Below, in pieces: positions 46,737-55,523 of a DNA stretch of 64,000 nt. The stretch covers positions 64,001 to 128,000 of the forward strand of contig CAVZQC010000004.1 in the NCBI GenBank assembly GCA_963777315.1, given 5' to 3'. Position numbers and translations under genes: made by a program. Under the pieces are notes generated by a model, which was not told the origin of the DNA, did no database searches, and worked only from the letters and a program-made list of their open reading frames with translations. The stretch's first letter is position 1, and the number at the start of each line of letters is the position of its first letter. Source of the DNA: Vulcanimicrobiota bacterium (GTDB lineage: Bacteria > Vulcanimicrobiota > Vulcanimicrobiia > Vulcanimicrobiales > Vulcanimicrobiaceae).

Positions 46737-48170
46737 ATGGCATTCGATTCGCTGTTCACTGGCATCTCCGGCTTAAACGCCTACCAGAGCCAGATCGACA
46801 TGATCTCCAACGACATCGCCAACGTCGACACGACCGGCTTCAAAGGCCAGCGCATGACGTTTGCGGATCTGTACTACCAGACGCAGGGTTTCGCCAGCGG
46901 CCCCACTCAAGAGCGCGGTGGCGTCAATCCCCAGGAAATCGGCCTGGGCGTAAAGGTCAACTCGATCGATACGAATTTCTCCCAAGGCGGCCTGGAAACC
47001 ACCGGCATAAACACCGACCTGGCCATCAACGGCGACGGGTTTTTCGTTCTGAACAACGTGGACGGCTCGGGCCAGCCGATCTACACGCGCGACGGCGCGT
47101 TTTCGCTCAACTCCAGCGGCGTGCTGTACGATCCGGCGACGGGTCTTGCGGTGCAAGGCTTCATGGCCGATCAGAACGGCGTCGTGACCTCGTCGGGAAC
47201 GCCGGGAACGATCACCGTTCCGCTCGGGCTGGCGATGCAAGCCACCGCAACCGGCGGAACGGGCTCGGTCAAGAGTGGGCCCGCGAACGACAAAGTGTTC
47301 GACATGGGTTTCGGCGGTTCGCTGGATCAATCGCAATACGCGCTGGCCGCATCGGGCGGCGCGCCGGCGAACAAAGTTCTGACCACGACGATCTACGATT
47401 CGCTGGGCAACGCGCACCAAGCGACGATTACGTTTGCGCCCGATGCGGCAACGCCGCTGCCGGCGACCGTAAACAACACCAGCGGAACGGCGGTTACGCC
47501 GGCCAGCCGCTGGCAATATACCGTCACGTTCGCCGACGGAACGACGACGACCACGAACACGGGCGAGGCGTTCTTCGACGGCAACGGTCAGTTCATCAAC
47601 ACGTCGTCGAGTCCCACGGGCACGCCGGTGCACGCGCAAGGCGTCGCGCCTTCGGCCGCGTCCGGCGATGCGCTGGTGATCGGCGGTTGGCCGGCAGGCG
47701 ACAACTCGACTTCGCCGCAGACCATCGGCTTGGATTTCTCGAATATGTCCGCACTCGCGGGCACGCCGACGGCGAACGTTCTGCTGCAGAACGGCTACGC
47801 TGCCGGCACGCTCTCGAACATTACGGTCGGACAGGACGGAACGATCGCCGGCGCGTTTACCAACGGCCAGCAGAAGACCCTCGGACAAGTTGCGCTGGCA
47901 ACGTTCCAAAACGAAGGCGGCCTGCATCGTTTGGGAGGCAACGGCTTCCAGGCAACGACCAACTCCGGTCTTGCGCAAGTCGGTTCGGCTGCGTCGGGGC
48001 GTTACGGTGCGATTATCTCGGGATCGCTCGAGCAGTCGAACGTGTCGCTGGCCGACGAGTTCACCAAGATGATTACCGCGCAGCGCGCTTTTGAAGCGAA
48101 TACCCGCGGCATCTCGACGGCGGACCAGAACATGCAAACGGTCATCAACATCCGCGCCAGCGAAAACTAA
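46737..48170 (+). CDS. flgE: Flagellar hook protein
   Basis: GISGL, SNDIANVDTTGFK, DLAINGDGFF, YTRDG, LEQSNV.LA.EF..MI.AQRAF. Confidence 0.96.
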   Translation: MAFDSLFTGISGLNAYQSQIDMISNDIANVDTTGFKGQRMTFADLYYQTQGFASGPTQERGGVNPQEIGLGVKVNSIDTNFSQGGLETTGINTDLAINGDGFFVLNNVDGSGQPIYTRDGAFSLNSSGVLYDPATGLAVQGFMADQNGVVTSSGTPGTITVPLGLAMQATATGGTGSVKSGPANDKVFDMGFGGSLDQSQYALAASGGAPANKVLTTTIYDSLGNAHQATITFAPDAATPLPATVNNTSGTAVTPASRWQYTVTFADGTTTTTNTGEAFFDGNGQFINTSSSPTGTPVHAQGVAPSAASGDALVIGGWPAGDNSTSPQTIGLDFSNMSALAGTPTANVLLQNGYAAGTLSNITVGQDGTIAGAFTNGQQKTLGQVALATFQNEGGLHRLGGNGFQATTNSGLAQVGSAASGRYGAIISGSLEQSNVSLADEFTKMITAQRAFEANTRGISTADQNMQTVINIRASEN

Positions 48171-48188
48171 TCCCGGTTCTCTGCATAT

Positions 48189-48281
48189 GGGCGCGCAGTC
48201 ACGGATGACGGAGCGCGTGTGATATTGGGGCCCCCGTGCGCTTTGCGTACGGGGGGCGCGCAGTCACGGATGACGCAGCGC
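48189..48281 (+). repeat. Two 28-nt direct repeats (1 mismatch), each a GTC-ACGGAT-GAC hairpin, separated by an 11-bp hairpin
   Basis: GGGCGCGCAGTCACGGATGACG(G/C)AGCGC at 48189-48216 and 48254-48281. Confidence 0.9.
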
Positions 48282-48303
48282 CTGTCAAAACGCAGGTCAC
48301 GCT

Positions 48304-48329
48304 AAAGCCGAGCCGAAAGGCTCGGCTTT
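48304..48329. promoter_or_regulatory. Perfect 11-bp hairpin with GAAA loop abutting the flbD start codon (terminator or translational block)
   Basis: AAAGCCGAGCC-GAAA-GGCTCGGCTTT-GTG. Confidence 0.7.
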
Positions 48330-48533
48330 GTGATTGCATTGACGCGCCTGAACGGACAAGCGATCATGGTAAATGCCGACCTGATCGAGTCGGTCGAGAC
48401 TACTCCGGATACCGTGATCACGTTGGTCAGCGGCAACAAGCTCATCGTGCGCGACTCGATGGATGCCATTGCGCACCGGATTGTCGAGTTCAAACGCAAA
48501 ATTTACGGACCGCCCGACTCGACGCACATCTAG
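48330..48533 (+). CDS. flbD: Flagellar protein FlbD/SwrD family
   Basis: MI.LTRLNG...VNADLIE.VE.TPDTVITL..G.K..V. Confidence 0.92.
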   Translation: MIALTRLNGQAIMVNADLIESVETTPDTVITLVSGNKLIVRDSMDAIAHRIVEFKRKIYGPPDSTHI

Positions 48534-48551
48534 TCCGGCAATACGCGGCCC

Positions 48552-48578
48552 TCAGAATGAGAAGCGCCGCGCCGATAC
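48552..48578 (+). promoter_or_regulatory. Putative sigma28 promoter for motAB
   Basis: TCAG-N15-GCCGATAC, 9 nt before ATG 48588. Confidence 0.6.
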
Positions 48579-48587
48579 TGCATAAGA

Positions 48588-49424
48588 ATGGACTTTGCCA
48601 CGCTGCTGGGCCTCCTGCTTGCATTCGGGGCCATTTTTGTCGCAGGTTGGGTCGGCGGAACCGACCCGCACATCATCTTCGGGCGCTGGGAAGCGCTCTT
48701 GTTGATCGTCGGCGGCACCGTCGGCGCTACGATGACCTCGTTTCCGCTGCGAACCTTTACAAGAGGATTCTTCGGCGGTTTTAAAACCGCGTTCACCGAA
48801 CCGATCTATCACGAGCGCGACGTCATTGCCACGCTCGTGTCGTTTGCCGAAAAGGCACGCCGGGAAGGTTTGCTGGCGCTTGAAAACGAGGCCGCGGCGC
48901 TCGAAGACGAATTCATGCGCAGAGGCATTCAGCTGGTCATCGACGGCCGCGACACCGACGTCATTCGTAAAGTTCTTGAAACCGAGGTCAGCCACGTCCA
49001 GGAAAACGGGACGAAGGCTGAAGCGGTGTTTACTAATTTGGGCGGATATTCGCCCACCCTGGGCATCATCGGCACCGTGCTCGGCCTAATCGGCATGCTG
49101 CGCGGCCTGGTCAGCCTGGGCGGCGCGGGCAACGTCGCGGGCAACATCGGCATTTCTACCGCGCAAGCTTTCGTCGCGACGTTCTTCGGCATCATGTTCG
49201 CGAACTTGCTGTGGCTGCCCATTGCGACCAAGATCAAAGAGCGGTACGGGCAACTGCTGCTGCTGCGGGAAATCATGATCGAAGGCATTCTCTCGATTCA
49301 GGCCGGCGACAACCCGCGTCTGCTCGAGGAGCGCCTGCAGGCGTTTTTGGACCCGCAAGAACGTGAAACCGAGATCGAGGAAGGCGGCGCTTTCGCCGAG
49401 CAGCCGAGCTATTCCGCGGGCTGA
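48588..49424 (+). CDS. motA: Flagellar stator protein A
   Basis: IVGGT, ARREGLLALE, PTLGIIGTVLGLI, IEGILSIQAGDNPR. Confidence 0.96.
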   Translation: MDFATLLGLLLAFGAIFVAGWVGGTDPHIIFGRWEALLLIVGGTVGATMTSFPLRTFTRGFFGGFKTAFTEPIYHERDVIATLVSFAEKARREGLLALENEAAALEDEFMRRGIQLVIDGRDTDVIRKVLETEVSHVQENGTKAEAVFTNLGGYSPTLGIIGTVLGLIGMLRGLVSLGGAGNVAGNIGISTAQAFVATFFGIMFANLLWLPIATKIKERYGQLLLLREIMIEGILSIQAGDNPRLLEERLQAFLDPQERETEIEEGGAFAEQPSYSAG

Positions 49425-50191
49425 TGAGCCAGCCCATCAAGACCGCCGCCCGCGCAGCCGAAAGCCGATTCCGCAAAAAAGCCGAGGAAACCAAGGTCGA
49501 GACCGCCGGCATGATGCGCTGGCTGCTCACGTACGCCGACATGATTACGCTCATGCTGGCGCTGTTCATCATTCTGTTCGCCATGTCGACGATCAGCCGG
49601 GTGAAGTTTCAAGCCTTCGCTAAGGACATCTCCGGCGGGTTCGACAATCAGTGGTCGGCCAATCAGCCGCCGCAAGGCGGCTTGAACGCTCGCGACCGGC
49701 TCGATTCGAATTCGCGCATTCCCGCCATCGAACGGCAGCTGCAGCGGTACGTCGAGCAAAATCGCCTGCAATCCGCGGTTCAAGTGCGCCTGGACCACCG
49801 CGGCTTGGTCATTACTTTACTTTCGGACAAGGCCTACTACGACAGCGGCAGCGCCGACCTGCGTCCGGGCACTAAGAAAATTCTTGATGATGTCGATGTC
49901 TTCTTAAAGAAGAACGACAACCTCATACGCGTTGAGGGCAACACGGATAACGTTCCGATAGCGACGGACCGGTATCCGAGCAACTGGGAGCTCTCTACCG
50001 CGCGCGCCGTGAACGTCGTACGGTACCTGGTGGAACACGACCGCTTGGACCCCACGCGACTCTCGGCAGCGGGATATGGACAGTATCATCCACGGACGGA
50101 TAACGGCACGGCCGCGACCCGGCAAAGCAATCGCCGCGTCGACATCGTGCTGCTCAATGCCAATCTCTCTCGCGCCGAAAAGGGGCAATAG
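49424..50191 (+). CDS. motB: Flagellar stator protein B
   Basis: WLLTYADMITL, OmpA-like SNWELSTARA, NRRVDI. Confidence 0.96.
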   Translation: MSQPIKTAARAAESRFRKKAEETKVETAGMMRWLLTYADMITLMLALFIILFAMSTISRVKFQAFAKDISGGFDNQWSANQPPQGGLNARDRLDSNSRIPAIERQLQRYVEQNRLQSAVQVRLDHRGLVITLLSDKAYYDSGSADLRPGTKKILDDVDVFLKKNDNLIRVEGNTDNVPIATDRYPSNWELSTARAVNVVRYLVEHDRLDPTRLSAAGYGQYHPRTDNGTAATRQSNRRVDIVLLNANLSRAEKGQ

Positions 50192-50199
50192 TCCGTCCT

Positions 50200-51192
50200 A
50201 TGTCCAGTCTCTCGCAAGAGGAAATCGATGCGCTCATATGCCAGCTTGCGTCTGAGCCCACCGCCAAAGAGGCCGCGCCCGAAGACAAGAAGGTCAAACC
50301 CTTCGATTTCCGTTTCAACAAGCGCCTCGATAAGTTTTCCAACAATCAGCTGCAAACGCTGCGCACGCTGCACGAAAACTTCACGCGGCTGCTGAACAAC
50401 TCGCTCTCGGTCTATCTGCGGACCCGCGCCGAAGCCTCGATCGTTTCGATCGAACAAATCAGTTACGGCGACTTCATCGCGAGCATCGGCATCCCGTCGA
50501 TCCTGTCGATCTTCTCGATGGACCCGCTGCCCGGAAGCGGCATCGTCCAGATCGACCTGAACCTCGTGTTTTCGATCATCGACCGGCTGCTGGGCGGACC
50601 GGGGTGGTTTCCGCACAAGCTGCGCGATTTGACCGACATCGAACGCACGTTGATGCAGCGCTTCATGGCGCGCATGCTGAACAGCTATCGCGAGTCGTGG
50701 AATTACCTGCTCACCCTTTCGCTCAAGATCGAAGCGCTCGACTCCAATCCGCAATTCATTCCGCGCATCATCCCGCTCGATCAAATCGTGGGATACGTCT
50801 CGATGGAACTCAAGGTGGGCGATATGGGCGGCGTGATGAACTTCTGCCTGCCGTATCCGGTGCTGCAGTCCATCGGCAGCCAGCTCAACGATTTTCAGTG
50901 GTCGCCCAACGTCGCTTCGAGCCGCGGCACGACGCAGCGAGATATCGCCCAGCTCGCGCGCAACGTTGAAAGGGCCGACGTGGATCTGCAAGTCGAGCTG
51001 GGCAGAACAACCGTTTCGCTTCGCGATTTGGTCGCGCTTGCGCCCGGCGACGTCGTGCTGTTCGACAAGGCTACGGATGCGCCGCTCATTGCCCGCATCA
51101 ACGAACGTGAAAAATTCCGCGTCTATCCCGGCGTGCACAAGGACCGCGTGGCGGTTCAGGTAGCGGACGTGATCAGAAACGAGGATGCATAG
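50200..51192 (+). CDS. fliM: Flagellar motor switch protein
   Basis: LSQEEIDAL, PFDF, DRLLGG.G, LTDIE. Confidence 0.96.
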   Translation: MSSLSQEEIDALICQLASEPTAKEAAPEDKKVKPFDFRFNKRLDKFSNNQLQTLRTLHENFTRLLNNSLSVYLRTRAEASIVSIEQISYGDFIASIGIPSILSIFSMDPLPGSGIVQIDLNLVFSIIDRLLGGPGWFPHKLRDLTDIERTLMQRFMARMLNSYRESWNYLLTLSLKIEALDSNPQFIPRIIPLDQIVGYVSMELKVGDMGGVMNFCLPYPVLQSIGSQLNDFQWSPNVASSRGTTQRDIAQLARNVERADVDLQVELGRTTVSLRDLVALAPGDVVLFDKATDAPLIARINEREKFRVYPGVHKDRVAVQVADVIRNEDA

Positions 51193-51197
51193 TTTTC

Positions 51198-52064
51198 ATG
51201 GCTGACATTCAACAAATTACCGACGGCATGCTCCAAACCGCGGGAACGGTGTTGGGGCGCCTGGTAGAATTGCCGGTTACGGCGTCCGCGGCGCGCCGGC
51301 GGGACCACGGCGGTTCCATCAAGATCGACGCGCAGACGCTGGTAGCGGTAGCGCAGATTCCCGCGGCCGGCATCAAAGTGGTGGTCCGCTTCGAGTCCGG
51401 CGACATCGCCAAAGTCGTCAACGTGATGCTGGGCAGTCCCGACGATGCTGCCGAGTTGGGCGCCATGCAGTTGTCGATCGTGTCGGAAACCGTTTCGCAG
51501 ATTGCGGGCGCCATGGCCGAAGAGCTGGCCAAGCGCATCGGCGCGGGCGTACAAGACGTACACGCCGAGCTGTGCACCGACGCAACCAATTTGCCGGCAC
51601 CCCCGTTCGCATCGTACGAAGGAACGGTTGCGGTCGGCAACGTCGTTGCGCCGCGCATTTGCATCGATTTCGACGGCATCGCGCTGAGCAAAATCGGCAC
51701 CCCGGCCGCCCCGCCGAACAAGCCCGCCGCGCGCGAAGCGGCGCCGGCCCGTACGGCTCCGGCTGCCGCGCCGGTTGCGTTTGCCGCGATGTCTCCCACG
51801 CTCTCGCGCACGCTGCATGGCGGCAGTAACCTCGAGCTCGTGCACGACGTGCCGCTCCAAATCAGCGCCGTGCTCGGTAAGACCGGGCTGACGTTGCGCG
51901 ACGTGGTCGCGCTGCAGTCGGGAAGCGTGTTCGAACTCGACAAACTCTCCAGCGATCCAATCGACTTGTACGTGAACAACATTCTGATCGCGCGGGGTGA
52001 AGTCGTCGTCGTCGACGACAAATTCGCAGTTAAAATCGCCGAACTGAATCCTTCAGCGGAGTAA
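51198..52064 (+). CDS. fliN: FliN with an N-terminal degenerate CheC-like domain (FliY-like)
   Basis: C-terminal SpoA domain (DVPLQ..LG, ARGEVVVVDDKFAVKI). Confidence 0.88.
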   Translation: MADIQQITDGMLQTAGTVLGRLVELPVTASAARRRDHGGSIKIDAQTLVAVAQIPAAGIKVVVRFESGDIAKVVNVMLGSPDDAAELGAMQLSIVSETVSQIAGAMAEELAKRIGAGVQDVHAELCTDATNLPAPPFASYEGTVAVGNVVAPRICIDFDGIALSKIGTPAAPPNKPAAREAAPARTAPAAAPVAFAAMSPTLSRTLHGGSNLELVHDVPLQISAVLGKTGLTLRDVVALQSGSVFELDKLSSDPIDLYVNNILIARGEVVVVDDKFAVKIAELNPSAE

Positions 52065-52072
52065 GGCATTCC

Positions 52073-52423
52073 ATGCCCTTTGTAGGCCAGTATATTCTGG
52101 CGCTGCTCGTCGTGGCGCTCATGCTGTTCGGGCTGTACACGGTCGTGCGCGCTTTGGGTCGCGGGCGCCTTGTGACTTCCACGGACAAGCGTTTGGTCAC
52201 GGTCGTCGAGTCGACGTTTTTGGCCCAGAACACGACTCTGCACGTCGTTAAAGTGGGCGATCGTTTCTACTTGCTCGGCGGTGGCGCCGGCCACGTCGCA
52301 ACTTTGGCCGAAGTGCCGTCCGAGCACGTCGAGCCGTGGATCGGCCAACAGCGCCGGCTGTTCGCCACGCAGACGCAGTCCTTGTCCGGCTTCTTCAAGC
52401 AGATTCGTAAAGCGCAACGATGA
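52073..52423 (+). CDS. fliO: Flagellar biosynthesis protein FliO/FliZ
   Basis: N-terminal TM, LHVVKVGDRFYLLG; precedes fliP. Confidence 0.85.
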   Translation: MPFVGQYILALLVVALMLFGLYTVVRALGRGRLVTSTDKRLVTVVESTFLAQNTTLHVVKVGDRFYLLGGGAGHVATLAEVPSEHVEPWIGQQRRLFATQTQSLSGFFKQIRKAQR

Positions 52424-53229
52424 TTCGTTCGTTTTTCGTGCGGCTGTGGACGCGCCATCACGCGTTCATGATCGTCAGCGCAGTTGCGATCGGACTGCTG
52501 TGGGTCATTCCCGCCATTGCGTCCGCCGCCACGGCGCCCGCCGGTCCCACCATTCCGATACCGCAGGTCAGCCTGGGCGTCGGTCAGGCGCGCAACCCGC
52601 ACGACGTCGCGGCGTCGCTGCAGATTCTGCTGCTGCTGACCGTGTTGGCCCTCGCGCCCACGCTGCTCGTTCTGGTCACGTCGTTTACGCGCGTCATCGT
52701 CGTGCTGTCGTTCGTTCGCACTGCGCTGGGAACCCAGCAGGTGCCGCCCAACCAGGTGCTCGTCGGATTGGCGCTGTTTCTGACCTTTTTCATCATGGCT
52801 CCAGTCGTCAAAGACGTGAACCACAACGCGCTGCAGCCGTATCTCAAGAGCCAAATCACGCAGTCGGTCGCACTCGACCGCGCGGTGCAGCCGCTGCGCA
52901 AGTTCATGTTCAAGCAAACGCGCGATAAAGATCTGCAGCTGTTCTACTCGCTTTCGGATCAACCGCGGCCCGCAACGCAAGCGGACGTTCCGACCTACAT
53001 CCTCATCCCCGCGTTCGTCATCTCGGAGCTGAAAACGGCGTTTGAAATCGGCTTTGCGATCTACGTGCCATTCATCGTCATCGACATGGTGGTTGCAAGC
53101 ATTTTGCTGTCCATGGGCATGATGATGATTCCGCCGGTCATCATCTCGCTGCCGTTCAAGATTCTCATCTTCTTGCTGGTCGACGGCTGGAACCTGACCG
53201 TGAACGCCATCTTCCAGAGTTACCGCTAG
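52420..53229 (+). CDS. fliP: Flagellar export gate protein
   Basis: TSFTR, QQVPPNQV, PAFVISELKTAF, MGMMMIPP, LVDGW. Confidence 0.97.
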   Translation: MIRSFFVRLWTRHHAFMIVSAVAIGLLWVIPAIASAATAPAGPTIPIPQVSLGVGQARNPHDVAASLQILLLLTVLALAPTLLVLVTSFTRVIVVLSFVRTALGTQQVPPNQVLVGLALFLTFFIMAPVVKDVNHNALQPYLKSQITQSVALDRAVQPLRKFMFKQTRDKDLQLFYSLSDQPRPATQADVPTYILIPAFVISELKTAFEIGFAIYVPFIVIDMVVASILLSMGMMMIPPVIISLPFKILIFLLVDGWNLTVNAIFQSYR

Positions 53230-53231
53230 CG

Positions 53232-53501
53232 ATGGGTTTCGGGGACGCGATCTCGCTCGGGCGCGATGCGATCTTCGTGTGTTTTATGGTCGCAGCGCCC
53301 GTGCTGCTGGTCTCGATGGTGGTCGGCCTGGTCATTTCCGTCATTCAGGCCGTGACGCAGATCCAGGAACCCACGCTCACCTTCATACCGAAAATCGTCG
53401 CCTCGGCGCTCGCGCTGCTGTTTTTCGGCCCGTTCATGCTCGCGTTGCTCACGGATTTCACTGCGCGCGTGTTCACGCACGTTAAAGACTTTATCCGGTG
53501 A
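53232..53501 (+). CDS. fliQ: Flagellar export protein
   Basis: GLVISVIQAVTQIQEPTLTFIPK. Confidence 0.96.
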   Translation: MGFGDAISLGRDAIFVCFMVAAPVLLVSMVVGLVISVIQAVTQIQEPTLTFIPKIVASALALLFFGPFMLALLTDFTARVFTHVKDFIR

Positions 53502-53534
53502 CCGCCGGTAGCGGCTCCCGCACCGGCTAGTACC

Positions 53535-54317
53535 ATGCCCGACCTTTTTAACGTCAGCCAAGGGCAGTTCGAAACGTTCCTGCTGCTGGTCGTGCGCGTG
53601 TCCACGATGCTGTTCGTCTTTCCGGTGTTCTCGGCCCGGCAAATTCCGGTGCTGGTGCGGATCGGTCTTGCGTTTTTGATCGCGTTCGTGCTCTATCGCG
53701 CGGTGCCGGTGCTTGCGCCGCTGCCCGACGTAGGAGCGCTCTTCGTCGCCGTCGTCAGCCAGGTGGTACTCGGTCTGATCGTCGGGTTCGTAGCCTCTTT
53801 GGTCTTCATGGGCATTCAATTCGCCGGCGAAATCATCGACATTCAAATCGGTTTCGCCGTGGCGAACGTCATCAGCCCTCAGACGCAGCAGCAAGTCACC
53901 ATCATCGGCGAACTGCAGCTGACGCTGGCTACGCTGATTTTTCTGATGAGCGATTCGCACCTCGTCATGCTTGCGGGCATCGGCGGCTCGCTGCACCTGG
54001 TTCCGCTTCCCTACATCAACCTGGATCCCAGCGTCGCGGCGAACGTCGTGACGTTTTTGGGCCAGGCGTTCTTGATCGTGCTCAAGATCGCAGCGCCGCC
54101 CGCCGTCGCGCTGTTCTTGGTGAACCTCGCACTGGGATTGATGGCGCGCGTGGCCCCGCAGATGAACGTGTTCGTGGTAGGTTTCCCGCTGCAAATCGGA
54201 GTGGGCTTGCTGATGATGGCGGTCAGCGTACCGCTCTTGGGGTACGTCGCTCCGCAGCTGTTTTCCGAATCAGCCCATCAGATGGATGCCGTCATGCGCG
54301 GCATGGCCGTGCACTAG
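53535..54317 (+). CDS. fliR: Flagellar export protein
   Basis: AGEIIDIQIG, ARVAPQMNVF..GFP. Confidence 0.95.
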   Translation: MPDLFNVSQGQFETFLLLVVRVSTMLFVFPVFSARQIPVLVRIGLAFLIAFVLYRAVPVLAPLPDVGALFVAVVSQVVLGLIVGFVASLVFMGIQFAGEIIDIQIGFAVANVISPQTQQQVTIIGELQLTLATLIFLMSDSHLVMLAGIGGSLHLVPLPYINLDPSVAANVVTFLGQAFLIVLKIAAPPAVALFLVNLALGLMARVAPQMNVFVVGFPLQIGVGLLMMAVSVPLLGYVAPQLFSESAHQMDAVMRGMAVH

Positions 54318-55339
54318 AAGTACGTGAGTTGACCGATCTGGTTGGCGGCCTGCTCGGTGAAATACATCTTGCCGTCCGGACCCAGGGTAATCCACACCGG
54401 TTTCGCGTTGGCGGTTTTGATCGGATATTCGGTGTACTTGAGCGAGTTGACGTTGAACTGGCCGACCGCGTTGTTGGACGCATCGAGCACGTCGAAATTT
54501 CCGAACAAGTCCAGCGCCAGGCCCGTGGCGCTCTTGGCTCCCGCGAGCGGATACTCGTTGAGCACCCCGCTGGTGGTCAAGCGCCCGAGTTTGGGCGCGG
54601 TCGAAGAATTTTCGGTAAACCACATGGCGCCGTCGGGTCCTTGAACGATGGCCCAAGGATTCGATCCCGGCGCCAATGCGTATTCGTGATCGATGACGTT
54701 GGCGGCAGTGTTCAGATGACCGATCTTCGCCGCGCCCGATTCGCAAAACCACATGTTGCTGTCCGGACCCTGTGCGATGCCCAGCGGCGTGGCCGCGGGA
54801 TTGGAAAGCGTGAACGGTCCGCTCACGACGCCGGTGGTCGTGATTTCGCCCACCGAGCCGCTGCCGGGGTCGGTGAAGTACATCGTATTGAGCCCGGGGC
54901 CGTTGGCAAAAAACGCGGGCGCCGCGTTTGCCCAAGGAACGAGATACTCGGTCGTCGAGCCGGAAGAAAACGCCGTGACGGTTGCGATCCGGTGGACGGC
55001 TGGTTCGGTAAACCATATCGCGCCGTCCGGGCCGACCGCGACGAATGCGGGCCCTGCGTTGGGCGTTTTGGTTTTGATTTCAGCGAACGCGCCGCCGGTG
55101 CTCAGCTGCCCGATCTTGCTTGCCGCCATTTCGGCGAAATACAGAAATCCGTCGCGCCCGGCAACGATGCCGGCAGGCGACGCGCTCGGCGTGGGCACCT
55201 TATACTCGAACGTTACGCTGGGAACGACCGGAGGCGCCGTAGGCACGGGGCCGCTGCCGATGACTTTACCGTTCCCGCAGCCGGCCAGCGCAGCCGCGCA
55301 AAGAATACCGATAGCCCCCTGGGCGACGCAAGCGCGCAA
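54314..55339 (-). CDS. Vgb (virginiamycin B lyase)-like beta-propeller lipoprotein
   Basis: LAGC lipobox, repeated GPDG.(I/M)WFTE blades; AAGGAG RBS before TTG 55339. Confidence 0.85.
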   Translation of the reverse strand: MRACVAQGAIGILCAAALAGCGNGKVIGSGPVPTAPPVVPSVTFEYKVPTPSASPAGIVAGRDGFLYFAEMAASKIGQLSTGGAFAEIKTKTPNAGPAFVAVGPDGAIWFTEPAVHRIATVTAFSSGSTTEYLVPWANAAPAFFANGPGLNTMYFTDPGSGSVGEITTTGVVSGPFTLSNPAATPLGIAQGPDSNMWFCESGAAKIGHLNTAANVIDHEYALAPGSNPWAIVQGPDGAMWFTENSSTAPKLGRLTTSGVLNEYPLAGAKSATGLALDLFGNFDVLDASNNAVGQFNVNSLKYTEYPIKTANAKPVWITLGPDGKMYFTEQAANQIGQLTYF

Positions 55340-55523
55340 ACTCGTCTCCTTTTGAAAAGGCGCCCCGCTCGAGGGGAGCGCCAAACTTTGCGCCTATTCG
55401 GCGCCTCCAAGGCGCCTCCCGCCGCGGACGTTACCGCCGCAACCGTTAAGTCTCGACGGCGGCGCTGTTGCATGTATTGCTGCGGACCGATGATAGGACT
55501 AGACGCTCATTCGAGCGTGGCGT

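Noticed and set aside
48189..48281. Mini CRISPR array (28-nt palindromic repeats, 37-nt spacer)
   Set aside because: Only two repeats, no cas genes or AT-rich leader, and the spacer is itself a strong hairpin; a structured RNA fits better
49520..49590. Stator ion specificity from the MotB TM (FIILFAMS)
   Set aside because: The diagnostic position is Ile, neither the Val (H+) nor Leu (Na+) pattern; cannot be called
54314..55339. Streptogramin B resistance gene vgb
   Set aside because: Lipoprotein signal and generic propeller repeats; catalytic residues not verifiable
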